A stretch of DNA of 64,000 nucleotides. Source: Octopus bimaculoides (Eukaryota). Both the position numbers and the translations under genes were made by a program. Of the stretch, positions 12,833 through 25,574 are shown in pieces. Position 1 is the first letter of the stretch. Each line of letters begins with the position of its first letter. The stretch lies in assembly GCF_001194135.2 (NCBI RefSeq), contig NC_068995.1, positions 57,867,822 to 57,931,821 of the forward strand, given 5' to 3'. The notes beneath the pieces were generated by a model. The model saw nothing but the letters and a program-made list of their open reading frames with translations, was not told where the DNA came from and did no database searches.

Positions 12833-13000
12833 CGCAGGCATGGCTGAGTGGTTAAGACGTTCGCTTTGCAACAACACGATTTCCGGCTCAGTCCCATTGC
12901 GCGGTATCTTGGGCAAGTGTCTTCCACTATAGCCCCGGGCCGACCAACGCTTTGGGAAACATTTGGTTGACGGAAACTGTGTGGAAGCCTGTTGTCTGTG
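12833..13000 (+). mobile_element. tRNA-headed SINE, family B
   Basis: caggcatggctgagtggttaag..cttgggcaagtgtcttccactatagccccgggccgacc..gacggaaactg, homologous to 19185, 32403, 43502 and 56200. The cttgggcaagt motif resembles the CORE-SINE domain (inference). Confidence 0.75.
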
Positions 13001-13003
13001 GTG

Positions 13004-13081
<78 letters not shown>

Positions 13082-13086
13082 CGTGC

Positions 13087-13117
<31 letters not shown>

Positions 13118-13156
13118 CGCACACACACACACACACACACGCACACACACATTTGT

Positions 13157-13530
13157 ACGGGAGGAATGTGACCGTGGTAAGAAGTTTGCTTCTTAACCGT
13201 ATGGTTCCGGTTTCTGTCCTGCTACATTGCACGCAGGGAAAAGTGTTTTCTGCGCAAGCGTCGGGCCGACCAAAGCCTTGCCAGAAAATTCGATAAACAG
13301 AAACTGCGTGGAAGCCTGTTGTGTGTGATATTCGTGCGTGCCTTTATGACTGTGTTTGTTCCCCAGCACTCCTTGACAACCAATGGTGGTTTGTCTATGT
13401 TCTCGTAACTTAGCGGCTCGGCAAAGTAAACGATAGAATAAGTACTAATCTTTAAAAAATAAGTAACGTTTTCGAGGCGGTGTCCCAGCATAGCCGTGGC
13501 CTGACGAGTGTAACAAGTAAAAAAAAAAAA
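13157..13530 (+). mobile_element. SINE family B with 3' module
   Basis: Head gtggtaagaagtttgcttc..gggccgaccaaagccttg, then gtaacttagcggctcggcaaa..gatagaataagtact..ggcggtgtcccagcatagcc..aacaagtaaaa. The 3' module also occurs at 14240-14290 and, inverted, at 41572-41722. Confidence 0.7.
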
Positions 13531-13675
13531 ACTAAATAAAAGATAAGTGACTACAGCTATAGAGAAACTGCTATGACATCTGTAACGTTTATGACATATA
13601 GATCACGTATAACAGTCACAACTACAGCCACAACTGCAATCGTCACCAACAACTCTACTACTCCCACCACCACAA

Positions 13676-14100
13676 TTTCTTTCTAGTATAGGCGCAAGAC
13701 CAACGGTTTTGGGGAAGGGGGTTTGTCGATTGCATCAGGCATAGTGCTTAACTGACCCCTACTTCATCGATCCCGAAAGGATGAAAAGCAATGTCGATCT
13801 TGGCGGAATTTGAACTCAGAAAAGTGAAGAAGCGGAAGAAATACTGGTAAGTATTTTGTCCGGAGTGCTAACGGTTCTTCAAGCTCGCCACCCTGATAAT
13901 AATTCTAAGATTGGTACGAGGCCAGCAATTTTGATGTTTGATGGGGAAGCCGATAGCATTTGACCCAAGTGCTTAACTGGGACTTATTTTATCGACTTAG
14001 AAAGATGAAAGGCAAAGTCTGCCTCAGCAGCATTTGGACTCATGCCGAAAAGAAGCGGAAGAAACACTACTAGGCATTTGATCTGGAGTGTTGACAAACG
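13676..14100 (-). mobile_element. Two tandem family A SINEs (13676-13892 and 13901-14100)
   Basis: Both contain atcga..cgaaaggatgaaag(g)caa.gtc..ggcggaatttgaactca-like segments. Confidence 0.7.
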
Positions 14101-16329
14101 ATCTCCTCTTCCTCCTCCTCCTCCTCCTATAGACAGTTGCGATGCCCCTCACCACCTGATTCTGTAGAAGTAGTAGACTTTAAAAGAAAAAAAATACTAT
14201 GGTTGATTTGTACGACTAAAAAAAAGAGAAAATCGTGCAAGGGGGTGCTCCAGCATGGTCGTAGTTCAACGATAGAAACAAGTAAAAGGTTTTTAAAAAT
14301 GATTAAGAAAACCGAAACGATAAAAGACTATATAACGCATGCGCATTCACTCACAACATTTAATTACAGACGACAGCGCCATTTTAAGAAAAAAGCCTCC
14401 TGAACACAGCTGCTGACACAGTTCTTAATTTCAGTTATCTGATGACGCTTACGTGTTAAACACCAAAGATTCTATCGTTTATATACAATGACCACCAGGT
14501 TTGGAGATGCTCCGCAGTTCGATTCGTCCTACATTTCATCATTGTCATCACTTCTGCCTTAGGAGCACAAAACGTCGCTGCGTTGATTTATTATCATCAT
14601 CATCATCATCATTATTATCATCATCATTATTATTATCGTTATTATCGTTATTATTATTGCAGTTTTGTTGTTCACCTCTCGTACGTCAATAAATAAGTGC
14701 TGCTTATTTGTATACGCGTCTATCTCTCTTTCTGTCTGTCTGTCTTTGTATATATACTTATAGATATGTATGTATATATATATGTGTGTNNNNNNNNNNN
14801 NNNNNNNNNNNNNNNNNNNNNNNNNNNNNNNNNNNNNNNNNNNNNNNNNNNNNNNNNNNNNNNNNNNNNNNNNNNNNNNNNNNNNNNNNATATATATATA
14901 ATGTATGCCAATCTTCTCTTGAAGAGGGAAACCGGACTCATTGTAATATCTTTATATTGCTACCGGTTACATTACCCGACTTTACACGTTTCGTCTGCAG
15001 TTTAGGATTATTATGATTATTACGTAACTCCGAGCTTCCTGAAACAGCTGTCGAGTTTCGAAATTACCTATTTTCTTATATTCTGTACTTTTATTCAATG
15101 TTTGTTGTGTTCCATGTAAATACACGTATATGAAGCCTAACTGTATTTATCTCCAGTACTACCCCACCTCTCTCTCTCCCTCTGTATATATATACACACA
15201 CATATTTCATGAACGAACATCTCAAAAGTAAATTGTTATCTCCTGTCATACCATTTGATCTGTGTGAACGAGACCTGATGCTTCAATCTTTTTAGTATTC
15301 GACGCACAGGGCATGTCTAATAAATTCTAGATGAAGTATTTAAATGCATCAAATGACATTCTTTGGCTTCTAGAAATAAAACTTTCAAAAATTATGTCTA
15401 TTTACTTTTTGNNNNNNNNNNNNNNNNNNNNNNNNNNNNNNNNNNNNNNNNNNNNNNNNNNNNNNNNNNNNNNNNNNNNNNNNNNNNNNNNNNNNNNNNN
15501 NNNNNNNNNNNNNNNNNNNNNNNNNNNNNNNNNNNNNNNNNNNNNNNNNNNNNNNNNNNNNNNNNNNNNNNNNNNNNNNNNNNNNNNNNNNNNNNNNNNN
15601 NNNNNNNNNNNNNNNNNNNNNNNNNNNNNNNNNNNNNNNNNNNNNNNNNNNNNNNNNNNNNNNNNNNNNNNNNNNNNNNNNNNNNNNNNNNNNNNNNNNN
15701 NNNNNNNNNNNNNNNNNNNNNNNNNNNNNNNNNNNNNNNNNNNNNNNNNNNNNNNNNNNNNNNNNNNNNNNNNNNNNNNNNNNNNNNNNNNNNNNNNNNN
15801 NNNNNNNNNNNNNNNNNNNNNNNNNNNNNNNNNNNNNNNNNNNNNNNNNNNNNNNNNNNNNNNNNNNNNNNNNNNNNNNNNNNNNNNNNNNNNNNNNNNN
15901 NNNNNNNNNNNNNNNNNNNNNNNNNNNNNNNNNNNNNNNNNNNNNNNNNNNNNNNNNNGGGGGGGGGGTTGTATGTGTCTGTCTGTTTTTATACTCTTCG
16001 AAGTTTCGCCGCTCGCTCATTCAAACTGTCAATTTGGATAACTCACCACAGGCTAAACTTCGAAGTCCCTATTAACAAAAGGATAATCAATGCTAGACCG
16101 AGTCCACAAGTTAACCAGTTTATTCACCTCAGGATTTTAAACACTTATTTTAAATCTGTTTTACTCTCTCTTTCACTTTCTCATTCTCTCTCTCTCTCTC
16201 TCGATTAATACACACATGGTTTATACATGTATACATATATATATATATACACACACACATGCATANNNNNNNNNNTATATATATATATATATATATATAT
16301 ACATACACACACATAAGCATATATATCTT

Positions 16330-16372
<43 letters not shown>

Positions 16373-17344
16373 TTATGTTATATGTATGTATGTATACGCA
16401 CACACATGTGTAAGTATATTTATCGTTATCTCAAGCACTATCACCTATTAGACGGCATCGACCCTCAAGACATTTAACCTGACATCCTGTTTAATTTGAT
16501 GGCATTAGGCATTCTTCAAACCTTCTCTAATTAATCTTTCAACATTGTTAAATCAGTTTGATTATGTAGAATTGGTAATTGACACTTTAGCACCATTCCA
16601 CTACACACAGACTTGCATACCCATTAGTTACACTCGTATGTGGCCGGGCACACACAGTTACGTACACACACACATTCACACAAGCATACAGGGGCATACG
16701 TGCAAACACACATACACACACATGCGCATACGCGCATACACACACACGCTACACACGCGTGCGCGCACGCACACATACGTACACAAAAACTGTAGAGCCA
16801 TTCACAGACAGACAGATCAAAACAGACAGAGAGAGAGACAGAGGAAAACGTATATACAATAATCATAGATGTATATGTAATACAGATGCACAAACATGCA
16901 TACATACATATATACACATACAAGGATACCAGCACAGACGTATGCGAGCGCATGAGTATGTGTGTGCGCGCGGGTGCATGCGTTTGCGTATGATCGTGCA
17001 GAATATATACGTGCATATGTATCTAAGAAAATAAGTGCCATTTTGACGTACGTGGCACGAACAGGCACACAAATAAGAGGACATACGCAAAGAATCAAGC
17101 CTCCACCGCAAACACACACACACACACACACCCTATTTTGAACATACATTGTCTCTTGTAATAAGTGCAGAGTTTGGTGTGTTTAAAAGAAGCTAAAAAT
17201 TCTTGCATCCAATCTGTCAGTGTTTCTGTTTTGATGTTTATATACTTTTCTGTATGCATGCATATCTGTGAGTGTGTATGTATGCATGTATGTATATATG
17301 TGTATGTATGCATCTATATAAGCATGTATGTATGTATGTATGTA

Positions 17345-17968
17345 TGAAACGTAACTGGAAACGTTCTCTGTGATACAAGCCCGTTGTAGTTCAGGCTTCT
17401 CTCATGTTCGAGTTTTGCGATGGCTGAAACGAAGGAACAACCTGTTTCCGTGAAACTCTGTTTTTCTGATGGCGAAAACAGCAGCCGAAACAGTTGTCAT
17501 GCTTCAAACAGCAAAACACAAGTTTAAGGGTGGTTTTCATGCTTTAAGAATGGTCACTTGTCGCTTGAGGACCAACCTTGTTCAGGGTGACCGTCGACTT
17601 CCTGAACAAATGAAAGTTCATGAAATGATCTTGGAGAACCGTCACCGAGCAATTAACAAACTTATTGATTGGTGTGTTCTGGAACTCCTGCTACCAATTT
17701 TGAGTGAAGAATTGCGAATGAAATGAGTTGCAACAAAATTTGTGCCTCGCTTGCTCACGGAAGATCAAAAGCAGTCACGGCTGAATGCGAGAAAACGACA
17801 GAGGCGTTAAACGGCATCGCTTTGCAAGAGTTCCAACGCTGTTTCGAATCGTGGAAAACGTGCCTGGACTGGTGCCTTGCTTCAAATGGATAATACTTTG
17901 AAAGCGATTAAAGTGTAAACATATAAAACTAAGTGAATAAAATAATATTCCGGTTTCTTTTAGGTATA
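17345..17968 (+). mobile_element. mariner transposon relic, internally deleted (catalytic DDD region missing)
   Basis: Frameshifted translation: MAETKEQ..VKLCF..KTAAETVVMLQTA..WFSCFKNGHLSLED..ILSEELRMK.VATKFVPRLLTEDQKQSRL, joined to ..EFQRCFESWKTCLDWCLASNG.YFESD*. These are characteristic mariner N- and C-terminal motifs. Confidence 0.85.
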
Positions 17969-18085
17969 TATGGGCATATTTACGTGTTTGTTTGCCATAT
18001 ACTCTCGTATCTCTATCTCTTTCTCTCTCTGTATATATACATATATATGCGTGTGTGTATGTTTATGTATGCACCTATATAACTA

Positions 18086-18144
<59 letters not shown>

Positions 18145-19106
18145 GTACATACATACACACATACAGAGAAACATATACATATATATATATATGCCTGCTT
18201 GCATGTCTTTCTGACAATCTGTTTTTCTACTTCTGTACATGTCTCTATTGCTTTGTATTTCGAAATACACACAAACCCCCTCAGCAAACAGGCCAGATAT
18301 GTCGGTTAACCAACTGGAGATAATCAATATCCACTTGAGCCAATCCCATAGTTTTTCTGTCCCAATCTTTGGCTGTGAACAGATCATTGTTTGAACACCT
18401 GTTCGCTGAAGGAAGAGGGATTGCTGAGAGAAGAGTTCGCTGTGAGGATGGGATTTCGTCGAACGATAGTTCGGTCATGGCGCTTTGGCGCACATTACAT
18501 ATGTATAGATGCTTGTTTGTATGTATGTGTGTACGTATGTATGTATGTAGGTAGGTATTTGTGTGTGTGTGAATATATATATATACGTGTATGTATTTAT
18601 GGTATGTTTGTTTGAATGTATGTACTTTTAGTATGCATGTGTGAAAGTTGGTACACATGCATGTATTTATATATGTATGTATAGTATGTACGTATGTGTG
18701 CATGTCTCTATGAGTGTATATGTCTGTAAGTATGTGTATATATATATATGTCCGTATGTATGTACGGATGTACGTATATGCACATGTACGCATGTATATA
18801 TAGTCTTACGCATGAGCATGCATTCATATCCAAAGCCTGGCCGAATGGTTTTGATGTTCGCTATGCATACACGATGTCTAGTGTTCGATCCCGTGCGTGT
18901 CATCTTGGGCATGTATTTGTTTGAGTCGTGCGTTGTGGGTGGAATTGCGAAAACAGAAAGTATACAGAAGTCCTTCGGATAGATTGTACCTCTAATTCAA
19001 AATTACAACCTTGTCGCGCAGTGTGTCACGCTGATTCCACCAACAGAGGTTGTCAAGCGCTGGCAGCGAACAAACACAACGATACACGCATACATACATC
19101 TCTCTC

Positions 19107-19160
<54 letters not shown>

Positions 19161-19184
19161 TATATGCGTGTATATATATATAAA

Positions 19185-19340
19185 AGTCGAGCTTCTACGC
19201 AGCTTCCGTCTACTAAAATTCACTGGCAAAACATTGTTCGCTCTGGGGCTATAGTAGAAGACACTTGCTCAAGGTACGGCATAGTGGGACTGAACCTGAA
19301 ACCCTGTGGTAGCAAAGCGAGCTTTTTTACCACACAGCCA
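19185..19340 (-). mobile_element. SINE family B
   Basis: cttccgtctac..ggctatagtagaagacacttgctcaaggt..gtgggactgaacc..ttaccacacagcca. Confidence 0.8.
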
Positions 19341-20498
19341 TAGTTTTGTAGAGGGAAAGCAAATGTACGAAGCAACATTTATATAACAAAAGCTAGTTTT
19401 GAGAAATAAATTTTAAAAAAAGGATAAATTATCTCCAACAATGCTGTTAACTTACATTTCAAATGATTTTTTTTTTTCTCTTTGGAAACAAAAAATAAAT
19501 TTAATATTTTTAATAAATCATTTCACTCTACAGACATTTGGATGTGAACTTGTGACCTTGCCAAAAATGTTTCCAATTGAGCCTTGCAGCTCCTGCAGCC
19601 GGTTATGAGTAAGTGCATGTGTCTATGTGGGTGCGTGAGTGTGTGTACGTGCGTGCGGGTATGTGTGTGCATGTGGGTGTGTGCATCTGCATATGTGTAC
19701 GTACGTCCGTGTATATGGGTATACGTGCTACTGCGTGAATATATGAGAATGCGTGTATTTTTATGCTTGTCTTTTGGTGTGTATAGATTTGTGGGGGATT
19801 TTATATGGGTGTATGAATATGTATACGTACGTGGGAGTTTACCAGGTGTCTGTATGCGTGTGTAGTGGAGTATGTATGTCTGTACTGGTGCAAATGGATG
19901 TGTGCACATGTATTGTGTTTGGGAGGGTTTGCGTTTATGTGCTCGTACGTATGTACGTTTCTGTGTGTGTGTGTGTGTTTATGTATTTATGCATGTGTAT
20001 ATACATGTATGTAAGTATACACAATGTATGCTTATATGCATGTGGGTATTTTCGTATGCCCATATACAATTATGAGTGTGTGTATGGATGGAAGCATGTA
20101 TGTTTGTATGTGTATGTATGTTATGTATATATTCATAGAAGAGGATGTCCCGCCATTAAAAATAGCTCGTTAGTTTTCAATTGTTCATGGAACATCAAAG
20201 CGAATCTCTTGACCGAAGTCTTGGAGAAAGATAAACTTCAGCTTTATCTCAGTGAAATATGTAATTTAGTGGAGAGGAAATATTTACTTGAACAACCAAG
20301 AACTATACGAGCAAGATATGTCCCGAAGAATCCAGATGAAATAGACGAGTAGTGATTGTCGTGACGGTGGTGGCGGTGGTGATGGCAGTAGTAACGCAAT
20401 GGTGGCGGTGGTGATGCAGTTGTGTCAGTTGGGGAAGGTCGTAGTTTTTATAGGGCTTGTTGCTATCATCTCATTGTCCTCGTATTAGTTTGATTTCT

Positions 20499-20546
<48 letters not shown>

Positions 20547-21330
20547 TGACAATCAGATGTGTAGGAGTAAAGGGATAGATAGATAGATAAAGAGAGAGAG
20601 AGATTGAATGAGAGAGGGAGGGAGTCAAAAATAAGAAAAGAAACTACTGAATTGTGTTTCAAGGAAAGCTAGACATTCTGGTGTCTTTTGAAAGTTAAGA
20701 AATTGAAGTTATTGAAAATATATCGGCAACTGCCGTAGATTAACTAAACAAACAATCGAAATACCTAATCTTCGATCCGGTTTCAGTTCTTGGTTCTTTC
20801 ATACATCGAATCTTTAAGACTCTGGGGTGATGTGAAAACATTTGAGAGAATTATTGGGGTACTACCATCTTAATGATCTTTTGCATACTATTGCAAGCTT
20901 TTGAGCGAAAAGCCAACAATTCAAACTGAGTATTACTAATTAACGCAACACACGTTAGTATTACACAGCTTTTGCCGTTAATTCATATGGGAAGAGCTAA
21001 AATTATCTGAGAATCTCAGTGAGACTTTGAGAGTTAAGTGTTTTTACAATATGAATTTGCCGATACTTAGGTTGGTTGCACAATATCCTGTCCACGTCGA
21101 TTTCCACGAGTTTAGTTTTCTTTTTTACTTAAACGCAAATTCCTTCAACTTTAAGGAGGGGTTAAAGATGCGAAATGTACGGCATTCATTTTTTTCTTTC
21201 TTTTTAAGTTTTAGTAAAGACATAAAGCACAAAGCGTCTAATTCCATCTCTTACTCTTAGACGCATAAAGAATTTTTAGTGATTTTATTAATGTTGTCTC
21301 GTATATATAGCGCAACACTTTTATGTCAGA

Positions 21331-21575
21331 ACTAGCAGTATAACCCGACCTTGTCCGGGTGTGACTTATTGCGCCATCTACGATAAGTCTTGCTAGTTGA
21401 AAATCAACTAAAAAAGAAAGCCTTAAAACGAAAAAACCCTTATGATGTAAATATGTTCATAATTCTAAAGACGATGAAATTAATAGGGAAAGTCTGAAAG
21501 CTGTTTTGCGTAACATTATTAAGCGTACGTAAATTTCATCCGTCTAATTGGCTATATTTTCCCCCACCTTGTTTC
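21331..21575 (-). mobile_element. Putative non-autonomous Helitron 3' end
   Basis: Reverse complement of 21331-21360 is acccggacaaggtcgggttatactgCTAG|t: a GC-rich hairpin followed by CTAG and T, the canonical Helitron 3' signature. The 5' end was not located. Confidence 0.45.
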
Positions 21576-21580
21576 ACATT

Positions 21581-21654
<74 letters not shown>

Positions 21655-21665
21655 CGTGTGTGTGT

Positions 21666-21973
21666 GGAGGCACATGGCCTAGTGTTTAGAGTAGCGGGCT
21701 CGCGGTCGAGAGATCACGAACTCGAATCTCAGACCGGGTGGATGTATGTGTTTATAAGCGAAACGCATACGCTCTACGCAGCTCCGGCAGAAAGTAAGAG
21801 CGAACTTCTGCTGACTCTTTCACCACTATTTTTCTCCCTCTTTCCTGCTGCATCTAGTAGCTCACCAGTGACGGACCGGCGTCCCGTCCAGGTGGGGAAC
21901 CTATACGCCAATGAAACCGAGAAACCGGCCCTTATGAGCCAGGCATGGCTCGAGAAAGAACAAAGACAAAAAA
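21666..21973 (+). mobile_element. tRNA-headed SINE, family C (near full length)
   Basis: A-box-like tggcctagtgt, degenerate B box actcgaatct, central gacggaccggcgtcccgtccagg, 3' gaaaccggcccttatgagcc..ggctcgagaaag and an A-rich tail. Confidence 0.75.
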
Positions 21974-22570
21974 CATATGTATGTATGTATATATGTCTTC
22001 ATGTATATACATACATACACACATATATATATATATGTATATATATACAAACACACAGATATACGGACAGACAGATAGACAGACATACAGAGACAGAGAG
22101 AGAGAGAGAGAGAGAGTGAGATTGTAGCAACTGTGTGTATAGATAGATATATATATATCCGATTGTATTTTCGATCGGAAGTGTACCTCTTACAGTCCGC
22201 CATTTTCTTTCGATTTTCGCTACCATCATCATTATCTCGAACAACAACGAAAAACGAACAGCAACAGCACATTTAATAGATATACACGCCACATTCTCAT
22301 GAACTGATGGTCACAGGATGGAGATGAACACACACTCACACACACACACACACACACACACACCGACACTGAGGCATGGGCAAACACATTTATACAACAT
22401 TTCACTCAATTTTCACAATTTACATTAGAGTTGGATTTCACTCTATACGAGTATGTGTGTATGTACGTATGCGAATGTGAGTTTATGTAAGTGTGTATGT
22501 ATGTGTGTGTGCGTGAGTGTGCGCACGCGCGTTTGTGTATTAAATGCACGGACACACGTAACTATACGTC

Positions 22571-22609
<39 letters not shown>

Positions 22610-23184
22610 TTCTGTATATGCATACGCCTATATATTGTGTGCATATGTATATAATATATATATATGCATACCCACACTCTCACACACACACACACACACA
22701 CATACCTACATACATATATGACACTTCAAAGAGAAACAGACTACATTTTATTTGATCTGTGTAAGAGCTAATCCGTGATGAATTAAAGACAGCAATTGAG
22801 GAATGCTTTAAATGCTGCTGCTACCACCGCTGCTACTTCTCTGTTCTGGTAAATCGTCAGAGTTTTGCAGCAGAGCGCTGCTATTTCGCCAAAGTCACGC
22901 TTTATTCAAGTCGCTAGATCCTTTCTGACAAGGAAAAGATTCTCGTAGACCAAGTTCCGTTTGAGTTTGAGAACCGACGGCAGTGGACGAACTAAAAAGG
23001 AATAAACATCAAAGCAACTCTCGTGCCGAAAGCGTGGAGCGTGCACACGCGTGCGCATAGCTGTCGTTTGCGTGTGTGTGTATGTTTGTATGGCTATTGG
23101 ATTGTATACGTCAATGCATCGCTGAATTCTGTGCGTGTGCGAGTGTTTTTGTGTGCATCTCTATGTACATGTTTGTGTGTATTC

Positions 23185-23216
<32 letters not shown>

Positions 23217-23334
23217 GCGTGTGTTTATGTGTGTGTGAGTGTGTTTGCTTTTACGTGCGTGTGTATGAGAATCTGTATCAATAGGTATAATAATGGCTGC
23301 GGTTCCGACACAGAAATATAAAGGAAATGCGTGC

Positions 23335-23365
<31 letters not shown>

Positions 23366-23594
23366 TGTGAGTGAGTGCGAATGTGTGTGTGTGAACGTGT
23401 GTTTACGTTTCTCTCTTGCTATATGCACACTTACATTATATATATATGTCTGTATATATATAATGCATATACATATTTACACACATACACACACATTATA
23501 TATATATATATAGAGATATATATATTTAAATATACAAACATACACACGCAGGCAGGATAGATAGATAGATAGATACATACATACATACATACAC

Positions 23595-23635
<41 letters not shown>

Positions 23636-24044
23636 CCTTTATGTAGGTGAGTTACTTGTGTGCATGAGAATCTACTCGTATGCGTACGCAGATAAATTAT
23701 CAAACGTATATATTACATGAGAGAAATAAATATAATATACTTAGTAGAAAACAATAACAGAACAATATGGAGTTCGGTAAGTGTATAGATATATTAGTAT
23801 TTAGGGAGGTACATGGGTATAGATGCGGGTGAGAATGATTTCTTTATGCAGTTATGTGTGCATGCTTTTATGTACGTAGGTCTATTTGAAGATGGGAGTG
23901 TATGTTTTATGTATGCATGCACATGTGTGTACGTATGTATGTATGTATGTATGTATGTGTGTATGTATATATATGAGTCTGTACGTATGTATTCATGCTT
24001 TGCATGTAAGTTTGTATAAGTTTGTATGTACGTTTTATATGTAG

Positions 24045-24085
<41 letters not shown>

Positions 24086-24095
24086 NNNNNNNNNN

Positions 24096-24134
<39 letters not shown>

Positions 24135-24676
24135 ATCAGTAGGTAGATAAGTAGAGAAATGGATATGAAGACTGATATGTTGGTGAACATGCATTGCATA
24201 TATGCATGTCTGCATCAATGTATGCAGGCTTATATGTAAGCACGTATGGATGTTGTATGTATGTATGTATGCATGTTTGTATGCCTGTATGTTCTATGTA
24301 TGAATATATGTATATATGTACGTATGTACACCTGTATGTAGGCATCTGTATACGCATGTATGCAAGTAACTATCTATATACGTATGTATACAAGTAATTA
24401 TGCACCTATGTATGTAGAGATAGACACAGACAGACATTTATATAACAAGGTAGAACGAATGAAGATAATTGAAAAAAGGAATAGCTATTGATATATATTT
24501 ATTGTCATGTGTGTGTATGTGTATTTTTGTAAGAGGATGTGTGTAAGAGAGCGTGTGCGTTTCTGTTACCAAAAATTAATAGAAATTGCATTTGACAAGG
24601 AACGAAAGAATTCATAAACAAAACATGAATGTGTGGATGTGTCTGTGCGCGTGTGTGTGAGCGCATATATATATAT

Positions 24677-25217
24677 AGTGGGTTTCCGTTTGCAGCTATC
24701 TCGTGAAATCCGGCTTTGTGCAGCTTCCGGCGAACAGTTTTTGTGGAAACTGGGTTCTCGGGGTGGTCATTAAGCTCTGCAGTAATTTTGGGAGCTGTAC
24801 TTTTGTGATCCTTTCTAATAATTCACCTAAGAATCCAACGGTCTCTATCTGAAAGTTTTGGCTTTCTTCCGGAGTTTTGTTTCGACGAGGAGGTTTTTCC
24901 TTCTATCTCAAAGGCTGTAATTACTTTCAAGACAGTACTTCTTGATGCACCAAACATTTCGGCTGTTTTCATTACGCTAGTGCCTGCCATACGAGCACCA
25001 ACAATTTGACCTTTTTGAAAGTTCGATAGATATGTAATTTTAATGAATTTTAATTACCTTTTTCTGATGATATCTGAAAAGAAATAGCAATTTTAGCAAA
25101 ACATATTAAGCAACACTAATAATAAATCAAGACATAAGCACAAACAAGCTTTTGACGATTTCATAGATATTTCAAAATTATGATGCTAGATGTTTCCATT
25201 ATTTTGTCCAACCCCTG
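24677..25217 (-). mobile_element. Tc1-family transposon 5' half (left TIR and transposase N-terminus, pseudogene)
   Basis: TIR caggggttggacaaaataatggaaaca at 25217-25191. From 25038 the minus strand translates to TYLSNFQKGQIVGARMAGTSVMKTAEMFGASRSTVLKVITAFEIEGKTSSSKQNSGRKPKLSDRDR..ITAELNDHPENPVSTKTVRRKLHKAGFH, the Tc1 paired-like HTH with GRKPK; ATG is mutated and there is an internal stop. Confidence 0.9.
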
Positions 25218-25219
25218 TT

Positions 25220-25268
<49 letters not shown>

Positions 25269-25531
25269 AAAAAAAACGCATTTGTCAAAATTTGGACATA
25301 CGACAGTTTAACATAATAGCAACGACTTATGCATACATATCTATATACACCTATACGTTGGTTTGTGTCGGACGATTGAGATAGGAATGCTCAATAAATG
25401 TGGTAGAGGATATGAGATTTTATTGAAACTGAAACCGAGTTTTAGGTTTCGCGCCACTGCAATCTTCAGAAGAAATTCTTTCTGAGAGACGAATTCTCAC
25501 TTTCACTTTCAGCTTCAATAAAATACGCACG

Positions 25532-25574
<43 letters not shown>

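Noticed and set aside
18300-18500. Complex-sequence island open in several frames
   Set aside because: No identifiable domain, only a faint resemblance to a Tc1-type HTH (KEEGL..FAVRMG). Splice signals are weak.
20130-20352. About 70 codons of non-repetitive open frame (..EVLEKDKLQLYLSEICNLVERKYLL..)
   Set aside because: No start codon, splice support or recognisable family; the length is within chance expectation.
21666-21740. tRNA gene
   Set aside because: The tRNA-like head has a degenerate B box, no complete cloverleaf, and continues into a SINE body. The same applies to the other SINE heads.
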